Assembly (NCBI GenBank): GCA_964631685.1
Contig: CAZVZU010000010.1
Location: 1-59,800, forward strand
Source: an uncultured Actinomycetes bacterium
Lineage (GTDB): Bacteria; SZUA-79; Acidulodesulfobacterales; Acidulodesulfobacteraceae
Direction: 5' to 3'
DNA length: 59,800 bases
The notes under the pieces are model-generated. The model saw only the letters and a program-made list of their open reading frames with translations. It was not told where the DNA came from and did not search any database. Shown in pieces: positions 20,398-31,233 of this stretch. Made by a program: the position numbers and the translations under genes. How positions within the stretch are numbered: the stretch's first letter is position 1; each line of letters starts with the position of its first letter.

Positions 20398-20474
20398 CAA
20401 GTTGGAATTTTTCTGGGCTTTATTTGTAAAATAAATTTAATCCTTACATTTCATTAATTAAAGGTGGTGTCATT

Positions 20475-21308
20475 ATGTACAACGGTCTTTTACGAATTAT
20501 CAAGGATACATCTATTAAGAAAAAAATCATTATTCCACTTGTTCTGCTCGTTATCATTCCGGTAGCGTTAATTGCTTGGAACTCCTATAATCTTCAGGGT
20601 AAACTTGCCGTTTCACTTATTAAACACGATGCCGTAGTAACCGCCAACACAACACTTTCAAGCCTAAATGCCATGATGTTAAATGGAACCATAAAGAAAA
20701 AAACAGACAGAAAACAACTGTTTTCCATTTACAGGAGGATTAAGGGAATCAAAGGGTTTCAGGTTATAAGGGGGGATATTGTTAACTCTGAATTTGGAAG
20801 CGGGCTAAGGGAAGAAGAGCCGGGTTCCGCTTTCGACAGCCAAATCTTAAATACGAATAAAACGCTGACAAAGATTATCTATAAAAATGGCAAGCCTTTT
20901 GAACTTATGGTCGGGGTGCCTTTTGTGGCAAGTGCTAATTCAAGGGGAATAGACTGCATGACATGTCATGTAAAAGCTGAATCAGGGGATATTCTCGGCG
21001 GAGTGAAATTGGTATACTCGTTAACGCTACTCAACAATGCCCAAAATATCTTCATTAAAGACACATTTATTATTGCCATAATTTTCATTGTTATTATTAT
21101 TTTGTTCCTTTATTTCGTCATAAAAAGTGCGGTGATAAAACCTATAACAAGAATGTCAGCACTCGCCGATGAGATATCCAAGGGGCATTTTACGGAGGAC
21201 ATAGCCCATCCGAGAAACGATGAAATAGGTTTACTTGCGAAATCGTTTAATAGAATGCAAATAAGCCTGAAAAAGGCGATGGAGCTTCTAAAACGAAGCG
21301 GAAGATAA
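20475..21308 (+). CDS. Membrane sensor: periplasmic c-type heme domain (DUF3365/Tll0287-like) plus HAMP, with no output domain
   Basis: TM1, periplasmic CMTCH followed by GDILGG, TM2, HAMP (KPI...DEIGLLAKSFNRM), then stop. Confidence 0.8.
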   Translation: MYNGLLRIIKDTSIKKKIIIPLVLLVIIPVALIAWNSYNLQGKLAVSLIKHDAVVTANTTLSSLNAMMLNGTIKKKTDRKQLFSIYRRIKGIKGFQVIRGDIVNSEFGSGLREEEPGSAFDSQILNTNKTLTKIIYKNGKPFELMVGVPFVASANSRGIDCMTCHVKAESGDILGGVKLVYSLTLLNNAQNIFIKDTFIIAIIFIVIIILFLYFVIKSAVIKPITRMSALADEISKGHFTEDIAHPRNDEIGLLAKSFNRMQISLKKAMELLKRSGR

Positions 21309-21318
21309 ACTTATAAAG

Positions 21319-21355
21319 CACGTTCCCTCGTATTTACGCAGGCAGAGGGAACGTG
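21319..21355. terminator. Hairpin between convergent genes
   Basis: CACGTTCCCTC / GAGGGAACGTG 11-bp inverted repeat. Confidence 0.6.
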
Positions 21356-21387
21356 TAGCATGTGTTGTTTAAATGGAAAATACGGCA

Positions 21388-21963
21388 TCAAAGATAACTA
21401 TTCACCAATGGGATAAGTTTTTGAACGGGTAAGCCCAGAACATTTTCAAAAGATCCTTCGTACGACTTCACAATGCATTTTTTGTCTTGTATTCCGTAGC
21501 TTCCTGCTCTATCAAATGGCGGATGTTCAATTAGATAATCCGCTATCTCTCTGTCGCTTAATGGTTTTAGTTTAACAAGGGTTTTGTCGTAAGTAATTTT
21601 ATAAACATTTTTAAATTTATTTATTAGACTCACACCCGTATAAACCTCATGCGTTTTACCTGAAAGCTCCTTGATTGTGTTGAAAGCATCACTAATATTT
21701 TTTGGCTTACCGTAGACCATTCCGTCGAAATATATAACGGTGTCAGAGCCGATTATAAACCGTTCAGGATAGTCATCCTGCAAACTTTCTGCTTTTTTTA
21801 AAGCTAAACTTTCTACAAAACGGTCAATCGATATATTTTTATCAAATTCACTAAACTGCGGTTCTACCCGAAACTTGTGATTTACAGCAACAAAATCTAC
21901 ACCCATGCTCTTGAGCAGGACAATTCTTCTTTCCGATGACGATGCCAATATTGTTACATTCAC
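21388..21963 (-). CDS. maf: Maf-family nucleotide pyrophosphatase
   Basis: ILASSSERR, KAES, IGSDT, GKP, LSGKTHEV, AGSYGIQ, NVLGLP. Confidence 0.93.
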   Translation of the reverse strand: MNVTILASSSERRIVLLKSMGVDFVAVNHKFRVEPQFSEFDKNISIDRFVESLALKKAESLQDDYPERFIIGSDTVIYFDGMVYGKPKNISDAFNTIKELSGKTHEVYTGVSLINKFKNVYKITYDKTLVKLKPLSDREIADYLIEHPPFDRAGSYGIQDKKCIVKSYEGSFENVLGLPVQKLIPLVNSYL

Positions 21964-22664
21964 TGTTTATTACTTCTATTTCCAAATATGACAGTTCCGA
22001 GCCTTATTATCGTTGCACCCTCTTCGATAGCCTCCTCAAAATCGCCGGATGTGCCCATAGAAAGGATTGAAAGCTTTTTTTTATAAATGTTTCTATTATT
22101 TATATCGCAACAAATCTCGTTTAGGGATTTAAAGTACTTTCTATTGTCATCTGTTAAAGGAGGCATCGTCATAAAACCCTTCAGCCTTAATCCGTAGAAC
22201 TTATTTATTCTTTTAACCATATCGTATGCTTCGTCTATTGTCGCACCATTTTTAGTTGTTTCGTTTGCAAGGTTGACTTCAATTAAAATATTCGTCGTAA
22301 CATTACGTGCTACCGAACGATTTTCTATAGCTTCCGCAAGTTCAATGCTATCGACGGAATGGATCAAGCCAACGTGGCCAATTATATATTTAATCTTGTT
22401 TTTCTGAAGATGCCCTATTAGATGCCAGTCAATATCTTTATTATCAGCAAGCAATTCAGCTTTTGACAAAAACTCCTGCACATAATTTTCCCCAAAAACC
22501 CTGATGCCATTACCAAATGCACTTAAAATATCATCCACACCCCTTGTTTTAGACGCAGCCAAAATTGTTATTTGCGAAAAATCACGACCACTTTTTTCGG
22601 CAGCAATTTTTACCCTTTTATAAATATTTTTTATGTTATCGGGTATGGAAGAATAGTTCAGCAC
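21960..22664 (-). CDS. yggS: PLP homeostasis protein
   Basis: AASKT, FGENYVQE, WHLIGHLQKNK, HSVD, LSMGTSGDFEEAIEEGAT.IRLG. Confidence 0.95.
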   Translation of the reverse strand: MLNYSSIPDNIKNIYKRVKIAAEKSGRDFSQITILAASKTRGVDDILSAFGNGIRVFGENYVQEFLSKAELLADNKDIDWHLIGHLQKNKIKYIIGHVGLIHSVDSIELAEAIENRSVARNVTTNILIEVNLANETTKNGATIDEAYDMVKRINKFYGLRLKGFMTMPPLTDDNRKYFKSLNEICCDINNRNIYKKKLSILSMGTSGDFEEAIEEGATIIRLGTVIFGNRSNKQ

Positions 22665-22687
22665 TGTAAATTTTAAAATTTTAAATA

Positions 22688-23539
22688 TTAAATAAGACCT
22701 TTTGCCCTTAAATACGCGGCATTTACTGCAGCATCCAAAACATACTTAATTCTTCCCTCTTCTAATTTTGCAAGTCCGTAAGCTGTTGTGCCGCCTGGAG
22801 ACGTAACCATATCCTTGAGTTCTTTCGTGTTAGACTTAGAAAACTCTTCGCTGTTTAAGAGCTCAGCAGATCCAAGAATCATCTGTAATGACAGGGTTCT
22901 AGACACATCCTTGGAAAGACCCAGCTTTATTCCCGCTTCCATGAGCCCTTCGGCAATCAAAAAAATATACGCGGGACCGCTACCACTCAAAGCGGTTACG
23001 GCATCAAAATACTCCTCACCGATAATCAAAACCTTGGAGGACATTTCCAGTATTTCAATTGCAACCTCGATGTCCTCCTTGGAAACATAATTATTATAAC
23101 ACATTGCACTCATTCCCTTTCCTACCAAAGAGTTGATATTCGGCATAATTCTGAATATTTTTATTGGAAGAGTGTTCTTCAGTATTTTATTGAAAATTTT
23201 TTCCATAAAATCGATCTTGACTCCGCCCGCAATAGAAATAAATATAGGCAAATCTTTGTCTTTATTAAAATTATTTAGGGTCTGAGCCAAAACATCCAAT
23301 ACACTTTCCACAGAATAGGGCTTAACGGCAATAAAAACTATATCGCAATTTTTAGCAACCTCGCCAGCACTGTTAAGCGAATCTACCCCTAAAGTATTTT
23401 TGATAAAATTGACCCTTGATGCATCGGTATCGTAAAACAAAATTTTGGCATCAGGCTTTGTATTAATTATCCCATTAATAAGTCCGAATGCCATATTTCC
23501 TGTGCCTATAAAACCTATAACCTTATTCTTTTTTAACAT
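22688..23539 (-). CDS. proC: Pyrroline-5-carboxylate reductase
   Basis: GFIGTGNM, AVKP, RIMPN, TALSGSGPAY, VTSPGGTT. Start moved to the ATG at 23539 after AGGAGG. Confidence 0.95.
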   Translation of the reverse strand: MLKKNKVIGFIGTGNMAFGLINGIINTKPDAKILFYDTDASRVNFIKNTLGVDSLNSAGEVAKNCDIVFIAVKPYSVESVLDVLAQTLNNFNKDKDLPIFISIAGGVKIDFMEKIFNKILKNTLPIKIFRIMPNINSLVGKGMSAMCYNNYVSKEDIEVAIEILEMSSKVLIIGEEYFDAVTALSGSGPAYIFLIAEGLMEAGIKLGLSKDVSRTLSLQMILGSAELLNSEEFSKSNTKELKDMVTSPGGTTAYGLAKLEEGRIKYVLDAAVNAAYLRAKGLI

Positions 23540-23620
23540 CACACCCTCCTTCGGCTTAATATATGTTATTGCAACACATGTGGCATCATATTGCATTATA
23601 CTATTAATCAATCAAATTAA

Positions 23621-24838
23621 CTATTGCTTATACCTCCCTTCTTTAATCATGCTTGATATTAAAAAAGAAAACAACAGAACAATCCCGAAAAAAACAAATA
23701 TCCAATGTAGCGCATATCGTTGAGCTATCATACCTCCGATCGGAGCTGCAATAGAACCAATTCCAAAACCCGCAAAGAAAAAAACTCCATATGCCGTTGC
23801 TCTGTATTTTTTATGAGCATTATCGCTAATCATAAGATTGGATATGGGATTTATAGAAAAATTGAATGCCGAAAATGCCAAAATTGACGCAAAAAGAATA
23901 ATATTATGCGTAAAACCGGCTATCAAAAGGAACACCCCGCTTACAAATGTTAAAAATGAAAAAACCCGGTTTGATTTGTAATTTTTAGTAATCCTCACGC
24001 CGTTGTACTGAAAAAAGACACCTATAAGGAGCGCTATTGTGACAAAAAAACCGCCTGCGGCAGCTGCTTGATTATGAAAAAATAAATAATTTTTTAATTC
24101 TGTGCCCATGTATGCCGGCAAAAACGAAAAGACCCCCTGAAACACAAACCCGTTTAAAAATTCTGCAATAAAAATTATTATTAAATTAAAATGAAAAAAC
24201 TCTTTAATAAAAGCGCTTATGCTATTTAGGACACTTATGGTGTCACCTTTGTCCGCTCTATCGTTAATTGTTGAATCTTTAATGTCAACATCTAATTTAA
24301 GCAAGAAATAGGATAAAAAAAGTATCATTAGGAATATAACACCGAGTACAAAATACGGAAAGCTGTAGCCGAAAAAATAACCTAATATTCCGGCAAAACC
24401 AGCGCTTAAAGCAACCCCCAGTGTTCCGGCAACTCCATGAATGGCAAACGCCCGTAGTTTATCACTTCCCACAAACGACATTATACTTAAACCCACAGGA
24501 TGATAAATACTCCCGATGAGCCCGATAAACATTATGGACGCGGCAAAGAAATAAAAATTTGTCGATATTGCAGCCATAAAGCAAAAAAAAGCCATCCCTA
24601 GCAGATAAATTCTCAAAATATGCTTTTTATTAACTTTATCGGCTATAAAACCTATAGGCAAGGACCCGGCTCCAAACAAAAATAGGTAACTGCCTGCAAT
24701 TGCTCCCAGAGTTACATAATTTACATGAAATTTATCCTTAATAAGTATCAAAATTGCCGGATATGTCAACAGCGCAACATGGCAAAAAAAATGCGAAAAA
24801 CTAAGAAGGGCTATCGTTTCTTTTTCATTTTTTTTCAT
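23621..24838 (-). CDS. MFS transporter (FSR-like)
   Basis: About 12 TM segments; GFIADK motif A, YHP, HG..G.LG. Confidence 0.88.
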   Translation of the reverse strand: MKKNEKETIALLSFSHFFCHVALLTYPAILILIKDKFHVNYVTLGAIAGSYLFLFGAGSLPIGFIADKVNKKHILRIYLLGMAFFCFMAAISTNFYFFAASIMFIGLIGSIYHPVGLSIMSFVGSDKLRAFAIHGVAGTLGVALSAGFAGILGYFFGYSFPYFVLGVIFLMILFLSYFLLKLDVDIKDSTINDRADKGDTISVLNSISAFIKEFFHFNLIIIFIAEFLNGFVFQGVFSFLPAYMGTELKNYLFFHNQAAAAGGFFVTIALLIGVFFQYNGVRITKNYKSNRVFSFLTFVSGVFLLIAGFTHNIILFASILAFSAFNFSINPISNLMISDNAHKKYRATAYGVFFFAGFGIGSIAAPIGGMIAQRYALHWIFVFFGIVLLFSFLISSMIKEGRYKQ

Positions 24839-24978
24839 TATTTATGGCATTATACAACACTCTGCATATAAGTATCAATCGACATTGAGCTAATTTTAAA
24901 ACAATCTCAAAATATGTTACAATGTTGTCGGTATAGTAGAATATTGATCAAATTATATATCTTAATACTTTTTGTACT

Positions 24979-25992
24979 ATGGAAGGTACTGTTAAAATAA
25001 AACTGAACGGATTTATGCAGCATATACATGGCGCACACAAAGAGCATGGTTCCCCGCACAATGATCATGCTCATTCACACTCATCTCATCTGAACGACGA
25101 ATCCTCTAGGTCTGAAAAAAATTTAAAGATTGCCTTTCTGCTAACGATTGCAATAATGATCATAGAATTCAGCGGGGCTATTATATCCGGAAGCATGGCC
25201 TTATACTCAGACTCAGGCCATATTTTAGTTGATGCATCATCTCTACTCTTGGCATGGTTTGCTCAGACGCAAGTTAGAAAGACACCATCCAAAAAAAATA
25301 CGTACGGCTACCATAGAATGGGCATACTCGCATCACTTTTTAACTCATCTTTACTCCTGGCGATATCCTTAATATTGCTTTATGAAGGCTATTTGAGGCT
25401 TATTCATCCCGAGATCGTTAATCCGGGAGTTATGATAATTTTTCCGATTATAACCCTTGCCATAAATTTTGTAATTGGCATGAAACTCCATAAAGATATC
25501 CACAACAACCTGAATATTAAAAGCTCCTTTTTTCACATACTGGGAGACTCCTTGGTTGCAGTCTCCATAATAGTCGCAGGGATAATCATTTATTTTACGA
25601 AGTTGTACTATATTGATTCTATCATAAGCTTATTAATCTCTCCGATTATCGCAATAGGAGCATTTTCCGTTATTAATGAAGCATTAAATATTTTACTGGA
25701 AGGCGTGCCAAGGGAGATTAACTTTACGGCGGTTAAGAAAGAAATGCTTAATACGCCCGGCGTAAAAAATGTGCATGATCTGCATATATGGAGCATGTCT
25801 AAGTCTTTTAAATTATTAAGCGCACATATTCTCGTCGATGAAAAAGCCGTTAAATCATCTGATATGTGCTGCATTATTGATAATGTTCAAGATGTACTTA
25901 AAAAAAGATTCGAAATAAATCATGCGGTTATTCAGCCTGAATTTACCGTTTGCGATACGGCAAATGGTTTTTGTATCCGTCAAAATCCCTAA
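24979..25992 (+). CDS. Cation diffusion facilitator (CzcD/ZitB-like Zn/Co/Cd efflux)
   Basis: His-rich N-terminus, SDSGHILVD, TYGYHR, FHILGD, HDLHIW. Start may be 25015. Confidence 0.93.
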   Translation: MEGTVKIKLNGFMQHIHGAHKEHGSPHNDHAHSHSSHLNDESSRSEKNLKIAFLLTIAIMIIEFSGAIISGSMALYSDSGHILVDASSLLLAWFAQTQVRKTPSKKNTYGYHRMGILASLFNSSLLLAISLILLYEGYLRLIHPEIVNPGVMIIFPIITLAINFVIGMKLHKDIHNNLNIKSSFFHILGDSLVAVSIIVAGIIIYFTKLYYIDSIISLLISPIIAIGAFSVINEALNILLEGVPREINFTAVKKEMLNTPGVKNVHDLHIWSMSKSFKLLSAHILVDEKAVKSSDMCCIIDNVQDVLKKRFEINHAVIQPEFTVCDTANGFCIRQNP

Positions 25993-26075
25993 TCGCAGTT
26001 TATTTTTTTACTTGAAATTATTTTTTAAATATGTAAAATGTTAATAACATTAAATCTAAAGAGAACATTTTATTG

Positions 26076-26915
26076 ATGAGGTTTATAGCATCTAGCGAAA
26101 TATCAAACGCTGTTAAAAATTTAATAATTAATTCAAGCGTTAATTTACCCGAAGACACCTATAGCGGTATACAGCGGGCTCTCAAAAAAGAAATTTCCGA
26201 TACGGGAAAAGCCACTTTAAGCCAAATATTGTTAAATGCCGATATCGCAAAAACGGAAAACAAGCCCTTGTGTCAGGACACTGGTCTTGCCGTTTTTTTC
26301 GTGGAAGTAGGTGTGGACATTGCCGTCAAGGATATGAATTTGACAGAAGCCATAAATGTAGGCACAAGGTTGGGGTACTCCGAGGGATTTCTCAGAAAAT
26401 CAACTTGCGATCCCTTGACTAGGCAAAATATAGGCGATAATACCCCTGCGATAATACATTATGATATTACTAACGGCGATACGCTTAAAATAATGTATGC
26501 TGCCAAGGGCGGCGGAAGCGAAAATATGAGCAAATTAAAAATGATGCGTCCCTCAGATGGAAAAGACGGCATCATTGATTTTATTGTTGAAACAGTTAGG
26601 GATGCCGGTCCAAATCCATGTCCTCCTAACATTATAGGGGTTGGTATAGGCGGAAATTTTGAACGATCAGCTATCCTTTCAAAAAAATCCCTTTTTAGAA
26701 GACTAGGCGAAAAGAATAGCGATAAAGGGTTAGATGAAATGGAAAATATTATCTTGGGAAAAATCAATAATATTGGCACGGGTCCGATGGGTTTCGGCGG
26801 AATTTGCACAGCGCTTGGAGTTCATATAATTAAAGAGCCCTGCCACATAGCGAGCCTTCCTGTTGCAGTTAACATTGAATGTCATTCCCATAAACACGGA
26901 GAAGTAATTATATAG
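26076..26915 (+). CDS. Class I (Fe-S) fumarate hydratase, alpha subunit
   Basis: PLCQDTG, KGGGSEN, NPCPP, GVGIGG, PCHIASLP, CHS. Confidence 0.92.
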   Translation: MRFIASSEISNAVKNLIINSSVNLPEDTYSGIQRALKKEISDTGKATLSQILLNADIAKTENKPLCQDTGLAVFFVEVGVDIAVKDMNLTEAINVGTRLGYSEGFLRKSTCDPLTRQNIGDNTPAIIHYDITNGDTLKIMYAAKGGGSENMSKLKMMRPSDGKDGIIDFIVETVRDAGPNPCPPNIIGVGIGGNFERSAILSKKSLFRRLGEKNSDKGLDEMENIILGKINNIGTGPMGFGGICTALGVHIIKEPCHIASLPVAVNIECHSHKHGEVII

Positions 26916-26989
26916 ATATATAACGGTTAAGTTACCAACCTTAATCTGTTGAATAGTAAGTTAAATTAATTATTAGCATATCAAACGAA

Positions 26990-27547
26990 ATGGCTATAAA
27001 AAAAATAACCGCGCCCCTCACAGATGAGACAATACTAAGCCTTAGAACGGGCGATGAGGTCATGATAAGTGGGGTAATTTACACTGCAAGGGATCAGGCC
27101 CATTTCAGACTAATCAAACTGATAGAAGAAGGCAAACAGTTGCCCTTTAATCCGCACGGGCAAATTATTTACTATGTTGGTCCGACCCCTGCAAGGCAGG
27201 GTGAAGTTATTGGCTCAGCGGGGCCAACCACAAGTTACAGAATGGACGGATACGCCCCAGAACTTATGAAGATCGGTCTAAAGGGTATGATAGGCAAGGG
27301 GAAAAGATCCAAAGAGGTGAAGGATGCAATTAGAAAGTATAAGACCGTTTACTTTGGTGCTATCGGCGGAGCCGGCGCTTTAATTTCCAAAACTATCAAG
27401 TCTTGTAAGGTTATTGCATATGAAGATCTTTTATCCGAAGCTATTCGTGAACTCGTAGTGGTAGACTTTCCTGTAGTTGTTATAAACGATGTATACGGCG
27501 GAGACCTTTACGAGGAAGGTAGACAAAAATATGAAAATAAAAATTAA
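26990..27547 (+). CDS. Class I fumarate hydratase, beta subunit
   Basis: YTARDQAH, YYVGP, GPTTSYRMD, MIGKG, GGAGAL. Confidence 0.93.
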   Translation: MAIKKITAPLTDETILSLRTGDEVMISGVIYTARDQAHFRLIKLIEEGKQLPFNPHGQIIYYVGPTPARQGEVIGSAGPTTSYRMDGYAPELMKIGLKGMIGKGKRSKEVKDAIRKYKTVYFGAIGGAGALISKTIKSCKVIAYEDLLSEAIRELVVVDFPVVVINDVYGGDLYEEGRQKYENKN

Positions 27548-27601
27548 TACGCATAGCAAGCAAATTTAACCAAATAAAAATTAATTAGAGTATATTAAAT
27601 C

Positions 27602-28765
27602 ATGGATATTCACGAATATCAGGCAAAAAAACTGTTAAATGACTGTAATATTAAAACTCTTAGGTCTATCTTATGCCGTAACCCTGAAGAGGCGTATAGG
27701 GCATATCAGACATTATCGTCTTCTGTTGTAGTCGTAAAAGCACAAGTTCATGCCGGAGGCAGAGGGAAAGCGGGCGGAGTAAAAGTAGCAAAATCTGCAG
27801 ACGACGCTAAATTCTTCGCTGAGAAAATGATTGGCATGACCTTAATTACCGCTCAGACAGGAAAAGAAGGCAAAATTGTAAGAAAAATTCTCGTGGAAGA
27901 GGGAGCCGAAATAGCCAAGGAATACTACCTATCCCTTACCATAGACAGAAAAACATCATCTATCGTATTTGTGGTCAGTGCTGAAGGAGGCATGGAGATT
28001 GAAGCAGTATCAAAAAATACCCCGGAAAAGATTCTTACTGTTTCAATCAATCCAATACACGGCGTAAAATCTTTTAGTGTACTTAAAATGTTTTTGTTTC
28101 TCGGTATTAAAAAAAATCTCTATAAAGATTTTTCCAACCTTATAAATCTGCTATATGACGCATTCATTAAGGAAGATATGTCGATGTTGGAGATTAACCC
28201 GCTAATCCTGACTAAATCGGACTCATTCATTCCCTTAGACGCCAAGGTTATACTAGACGATAATGCATCCGTAAGGCATCCGTATTTTGACGAACTTGTG
28301 GATGAAGATGAAGAGGAACCGCTCGAAGTTAAAGCAAAAAGCGTAGGTCTCAACTATATAAAATTAGATGGAAATGTCGGATGCATGGTAAACGGCGCAG
28401 GGCTCGCTATGGCTACAATGGATACAATCAAAGAGTTTGGCGCTATGCCGGCCAATTTTCTAGATGTTGGTGGCACAGCTGACAGCAGTAGGGTTGAAAC
28501 AGCTCTCAATATCTTATTGTCCGATAAAAATGTAAAGGGAATTTTCATTAATATATTCGGCGGTATTGTTAAGTGCGATATGGTTGCAGAGGGGGTTATT
28601 ACAGCTGCTAAAAATCTCAAACTAAAATTACCCGTAGTTATCAGATTAGAAGGCACAAATGCAGATATTGCCGCAAAATTAATTGAAAGTTCCGGAATGA
28701 ATTTTATTGTAGGAGAAAGCCTTGCAGATGGAGCAAAAAAGATTTCGGATATTGTCAATAGATAA
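27602..28765 (+). CDS. sucC: Succinyl-CoA ligase beta subunit
   Basis: HEYQAK, KAQVHAGGRGKAGGV, EINPL, CMVNGAGLAMATMD, NIFGGI. Confidence 0.97.
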   Translation: MDIHEYQAKKLLNDCNIKTLRSILCRNPEEAYRAYQTLSSSVVVVKAQVHAGGRGKAGGVKVAKSADDAKFFAEKMIGMTLITAQTGKEGKIVRKILVEEGAEIAKEYYLSLTIDRKTSSIVFVVSAEGGMEIEAVSKNTPEKILTVSINPIHGVKSFSVLKMFLFLGIKKNLYKDFSNLINLLYDAFIKEDMSMLEINPLILTKSDSFIPLDAKVILDDNASVRHPYFDELVDEDEEEPLEVKAKSVGLNYIKLDGNVGCMVNGAGLAMATMDTIKEFGAMPANFLDVGGTADSSRVETALNILLSDKNVKGIFINIFGGIVKCDMVAEGVITAAKNLKLKLPVVIRLEGTNADIAAKLIESSGMNFIVGESLADGAKKISDIVNR

Positions 28766-28804
28766 GTTGATTTAAAAATATAACCATATAAAGGATGTTT
28801 ATAT

Positions 28805-29683
28805 ATGAGTATTCTTGTAAATAAAGACACAAATGTTTTGGTTCAGGGCATTACTGGAAAAGAAGGGTCGTTTCATACGTTGAAATGCCTTGAATACGGC
28901 ACAAATATTGTTGCTGGCGTTACCCCGTTTAAGGGTAAAACATTGTTCAACGGCTCTTTGCCTGTTTATGACACAATTGAGGACGCCAAAAAGGAACATA
29001 AAATTGATGCAACAATGGTATTTGTCCCTGCAGGCTTTGCCGCTTCAGGCATAATAGAGGCAATAGAGGCTGAAATTCCACTAATAGTTTGTATTACGGA
29101 AGGTATACCGGTGATAGATATGTTGAATGTAAAAGCTGCACTGAATTGCTCAAAATCCGTAATGATCGGACCAAACTGTCCCGGAATTATAACCGCGGAA
29201 GAGTGTAAAATTGGTATTATGCCTGGTTTTATCCATAAAAAAGGTAAAATTGGAGTTTTATCTAGAAGCGGAACACTCACATATGAAGCGGTAAATCAGC
29301 TGACAAAGGCAGGTCTTGGCGAAACTACCTGTATTGGCATCGGCGGAGATCCTGTAATAGGCTCTCCTTTTATCACATTTTTAAAAATGTTTGAACGTGA
29401 TGATGCAACAGAAGCTGTTGTTATGATTGGAGAAATAGGCGGAACAGCCGAAGAGGAAGCTTCGGAATTCATAAAAAATAACATGAAAAAACCTGTTATC
29501 GGATTTATTGCGGGTAAGACTGCACCTGCCGGTAAGAGAATGGGACATGCCGGCGCAATAATCTCCGGCGGCAAAGGTACGGCATCGGAAAAGCTAAAAA
29601 CTATGGAAAATAACGGAATATTTATCGCCGATAATCCATCCGTTATTGCCGAAACCGTAAAAAAAGCAATTTTAAATAATTAA
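28805..29683 (+). CDS. sucD: Succinyl-CoA ligase alpha subunit
   Basis: [35 protein letters not shown]. Confidence 0.97.
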   Translation: MSILVNKDTNVLVQGITGKEGSFHTLKCLEYGTNIVAGVTPFKGKTLFNGSLPVYDTIEDAKKEHKIDATMVFVPAGFAASGIIEAIEAEIPLIVCITEGIPVIDMLNVKAALNCSKSVMIGPNCPGIITAEECKIGIMPGFIHKKGKIGVLSRSGTLTYEAVNQLTKAGLGETTCIGIGGDPVIGSPFITFLKMFERDDATEAVVMIGEIGGTAEEEASEFIKNNMKKPVIGFIAGKTAPAGKRMGHAGAIISGGKGTASEKLKTMENNGIFIADNPSVIAETVKKAILNN

Positions 29684-29703
29684 TATTTTTATGGGAGGCT
29701 GAT

Positions 29704-30024
29704 GTGCCTGAAAAAGAAAATCAAAATGCTAATAATTTAGCCATGGCTGCCACAGGCTCCGGTATAAACGAGGGTGTGGAAGCAAAGATTAAAACAAAGG
29801 ATGGCCTTACCGTTAAGGAAGTCTCGGGAACGGGCAAAAGAGGCGATGTTACGATAGACATTGTTGTGAATTATTGTAAGGGATGCGAAATTTGCGTTGT
29901 GTTTTGTCCTGAAAAGGTCCTTGTTATGAATAGGGAGATAGTAGAGGTTTTGGATATCTCAAAATGTAGCAAATGTAATATTTGCGAATATTTGTGCCCT
30001 GATTTTTCAATTAGCGTGGAATAA
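29704..30024 (+). CDS. korD: 2-oxoglutarate:ferredoxin oxidoreductase delta subunit (2x[4Fe-4S])
   Basis: CKGCEICVVFCP and CSKCNICEYLCPDF; lies immediately before korA. Confidence 0.85.
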   Translation: MPEKENQNANNLAMAATGSGINEGVEAKIKTKDGLTVKEVSGTGKRGDVTIDIVVNYCKGCEICVVFCPEKVLVMNREIVEVLDISKCSKCNICEYLCPDFSISVE

Positions 30025-30072
30025 GCGGAAATAGTATAGTTAATAATGTAACAATGGAGGAGTAAAATAGAC

Positions 30073-31209
30073 ATGGCTAAAAATATAAAGCTTATGCAGG
30101 GAAACGAGGCAATCGCCGAAGGTGCGCTGATAGCGGGTTGTAATTTTTTTGCGGGTTATCCTATAACACCATCTTCTGAGGTAGCAGAAATTTTATCAAA
30201 TAAACTACCTAAAAACGGAGCAGTATTCCTTCAAATGGAGGATGAAATATCTGCATTAGGTGCTGTATTAGGGGCCGCATTAACAGGCGCTAAGGCCTTG
30301 ACGGCGTCATCCGGACCCGGAATTTCTTTGAAGCAAGAACATATAGGATACGCTTCAATGTGCGAAATTCCATGCGTTATAATAAATGTTATGCGGGGTG
30401 GACCATCTACGGGCTTACCAACTCTTCCCGCTCAAAGCGATATCATGCAGGCAAAATGGGGGACTCACGGTGATCATGCAATAATTGCAATCACCCCTTC
30501 AAGTGTAAATGAATCTCTATACGAGACTATAAGAGCTTTTAATCTCGCCATAAAATATAGAACTCCCGTTATGATATTGAGCGATGAAATTATTGGACAC
30601 ATGAGAGAGAAGGTTGTTGTTCCGGAGAAAGAAGATGTCGATTTAGTCAGTGTCGGCCTGCCCGATGTACCGCCAGAGCAATACAATCCCTATAATTATA
30701 CAAGCGGCAAGGTAACCCCTCTGGCGCCGATGGGAGAAGGATATCGTTATCATGTAACAGGGCTTATACACGGAGAAACAGGGTTCCCATCTCAAAAAAT
30801 AGATGTTATTGAAAATGCTCAAAATTGGCTTATTGATAAAATTTATAAAAATATTAAAGATATTGAAAAATTTGAAGAATTTCAAACCGAAGACGCAGAG
30901 GTGCTTATAGTTGCCTACGGCTCGACTTCCCGTTCTGCAAGGCAAGCTATTATGATGGCAAGAAATGCCGGTATAAAGGTTGGCATGTTCAGGCCTATCA
31001 CAATTTGGCCTTTCCCTGATGAACAGATTACGAATTATTCAAAAAAGGTTAAGAAAATTCTAGTCCCCGAGATGAATATGGGGCAGGTAATTTTAGAGGT
31101 TCAAAGAAACGCCTGCGGAAGTCAGGTTTATGGGTTAAATGTTGCCACTGGAGAGCCTATTACACCCGATCAGATATTTAGCAAAATACAGGAGATTGCG
31201 AATGTATAA
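30073..31209 (+). CDS. korA: 2-oxoglutarate:ferredoxin oxidoreductase alpha subunit
   Basis: GNEAIA, GYPITP, QMEDE, SGPG, RGGPSTGLPT. Confidence 0.92.
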   Translation: MAKNIKLMQGNEAIAEGALIAGCNFFAGYPITPSSEVAEILSNKLPKNGAVFLQMEDEISALGAVLGAALTGAKALTASSGPGISLKQEHIGYASMCEIPCVIINVMRGGPSTGLPTLPAQSDIMQAKWGTHGDHAIIAITPSSVNESLYETIRAFNLAIKYRTPVMILSDEIIGHMREKVVVPEKEDVDLVSVGLPDVPPEQYNPYNYTSGKVTPLAPMGEGYRYHVTGLIHGETGFPSQKIDVIENAQNWLIDKIYKNIKDIEKFEEFQTEDAEVLIVAYGSTSRSARQAIMMARNAGIKVGMFRPITIWPFPDEQITNYSKKVKKILVPEMNMGQVILEVQRNACGSQVYGLNVATGEPITPDQIFSKIQEIANV

Positions 31210-31233
31210 TCAACCCTATTCAGGAGATATGAA

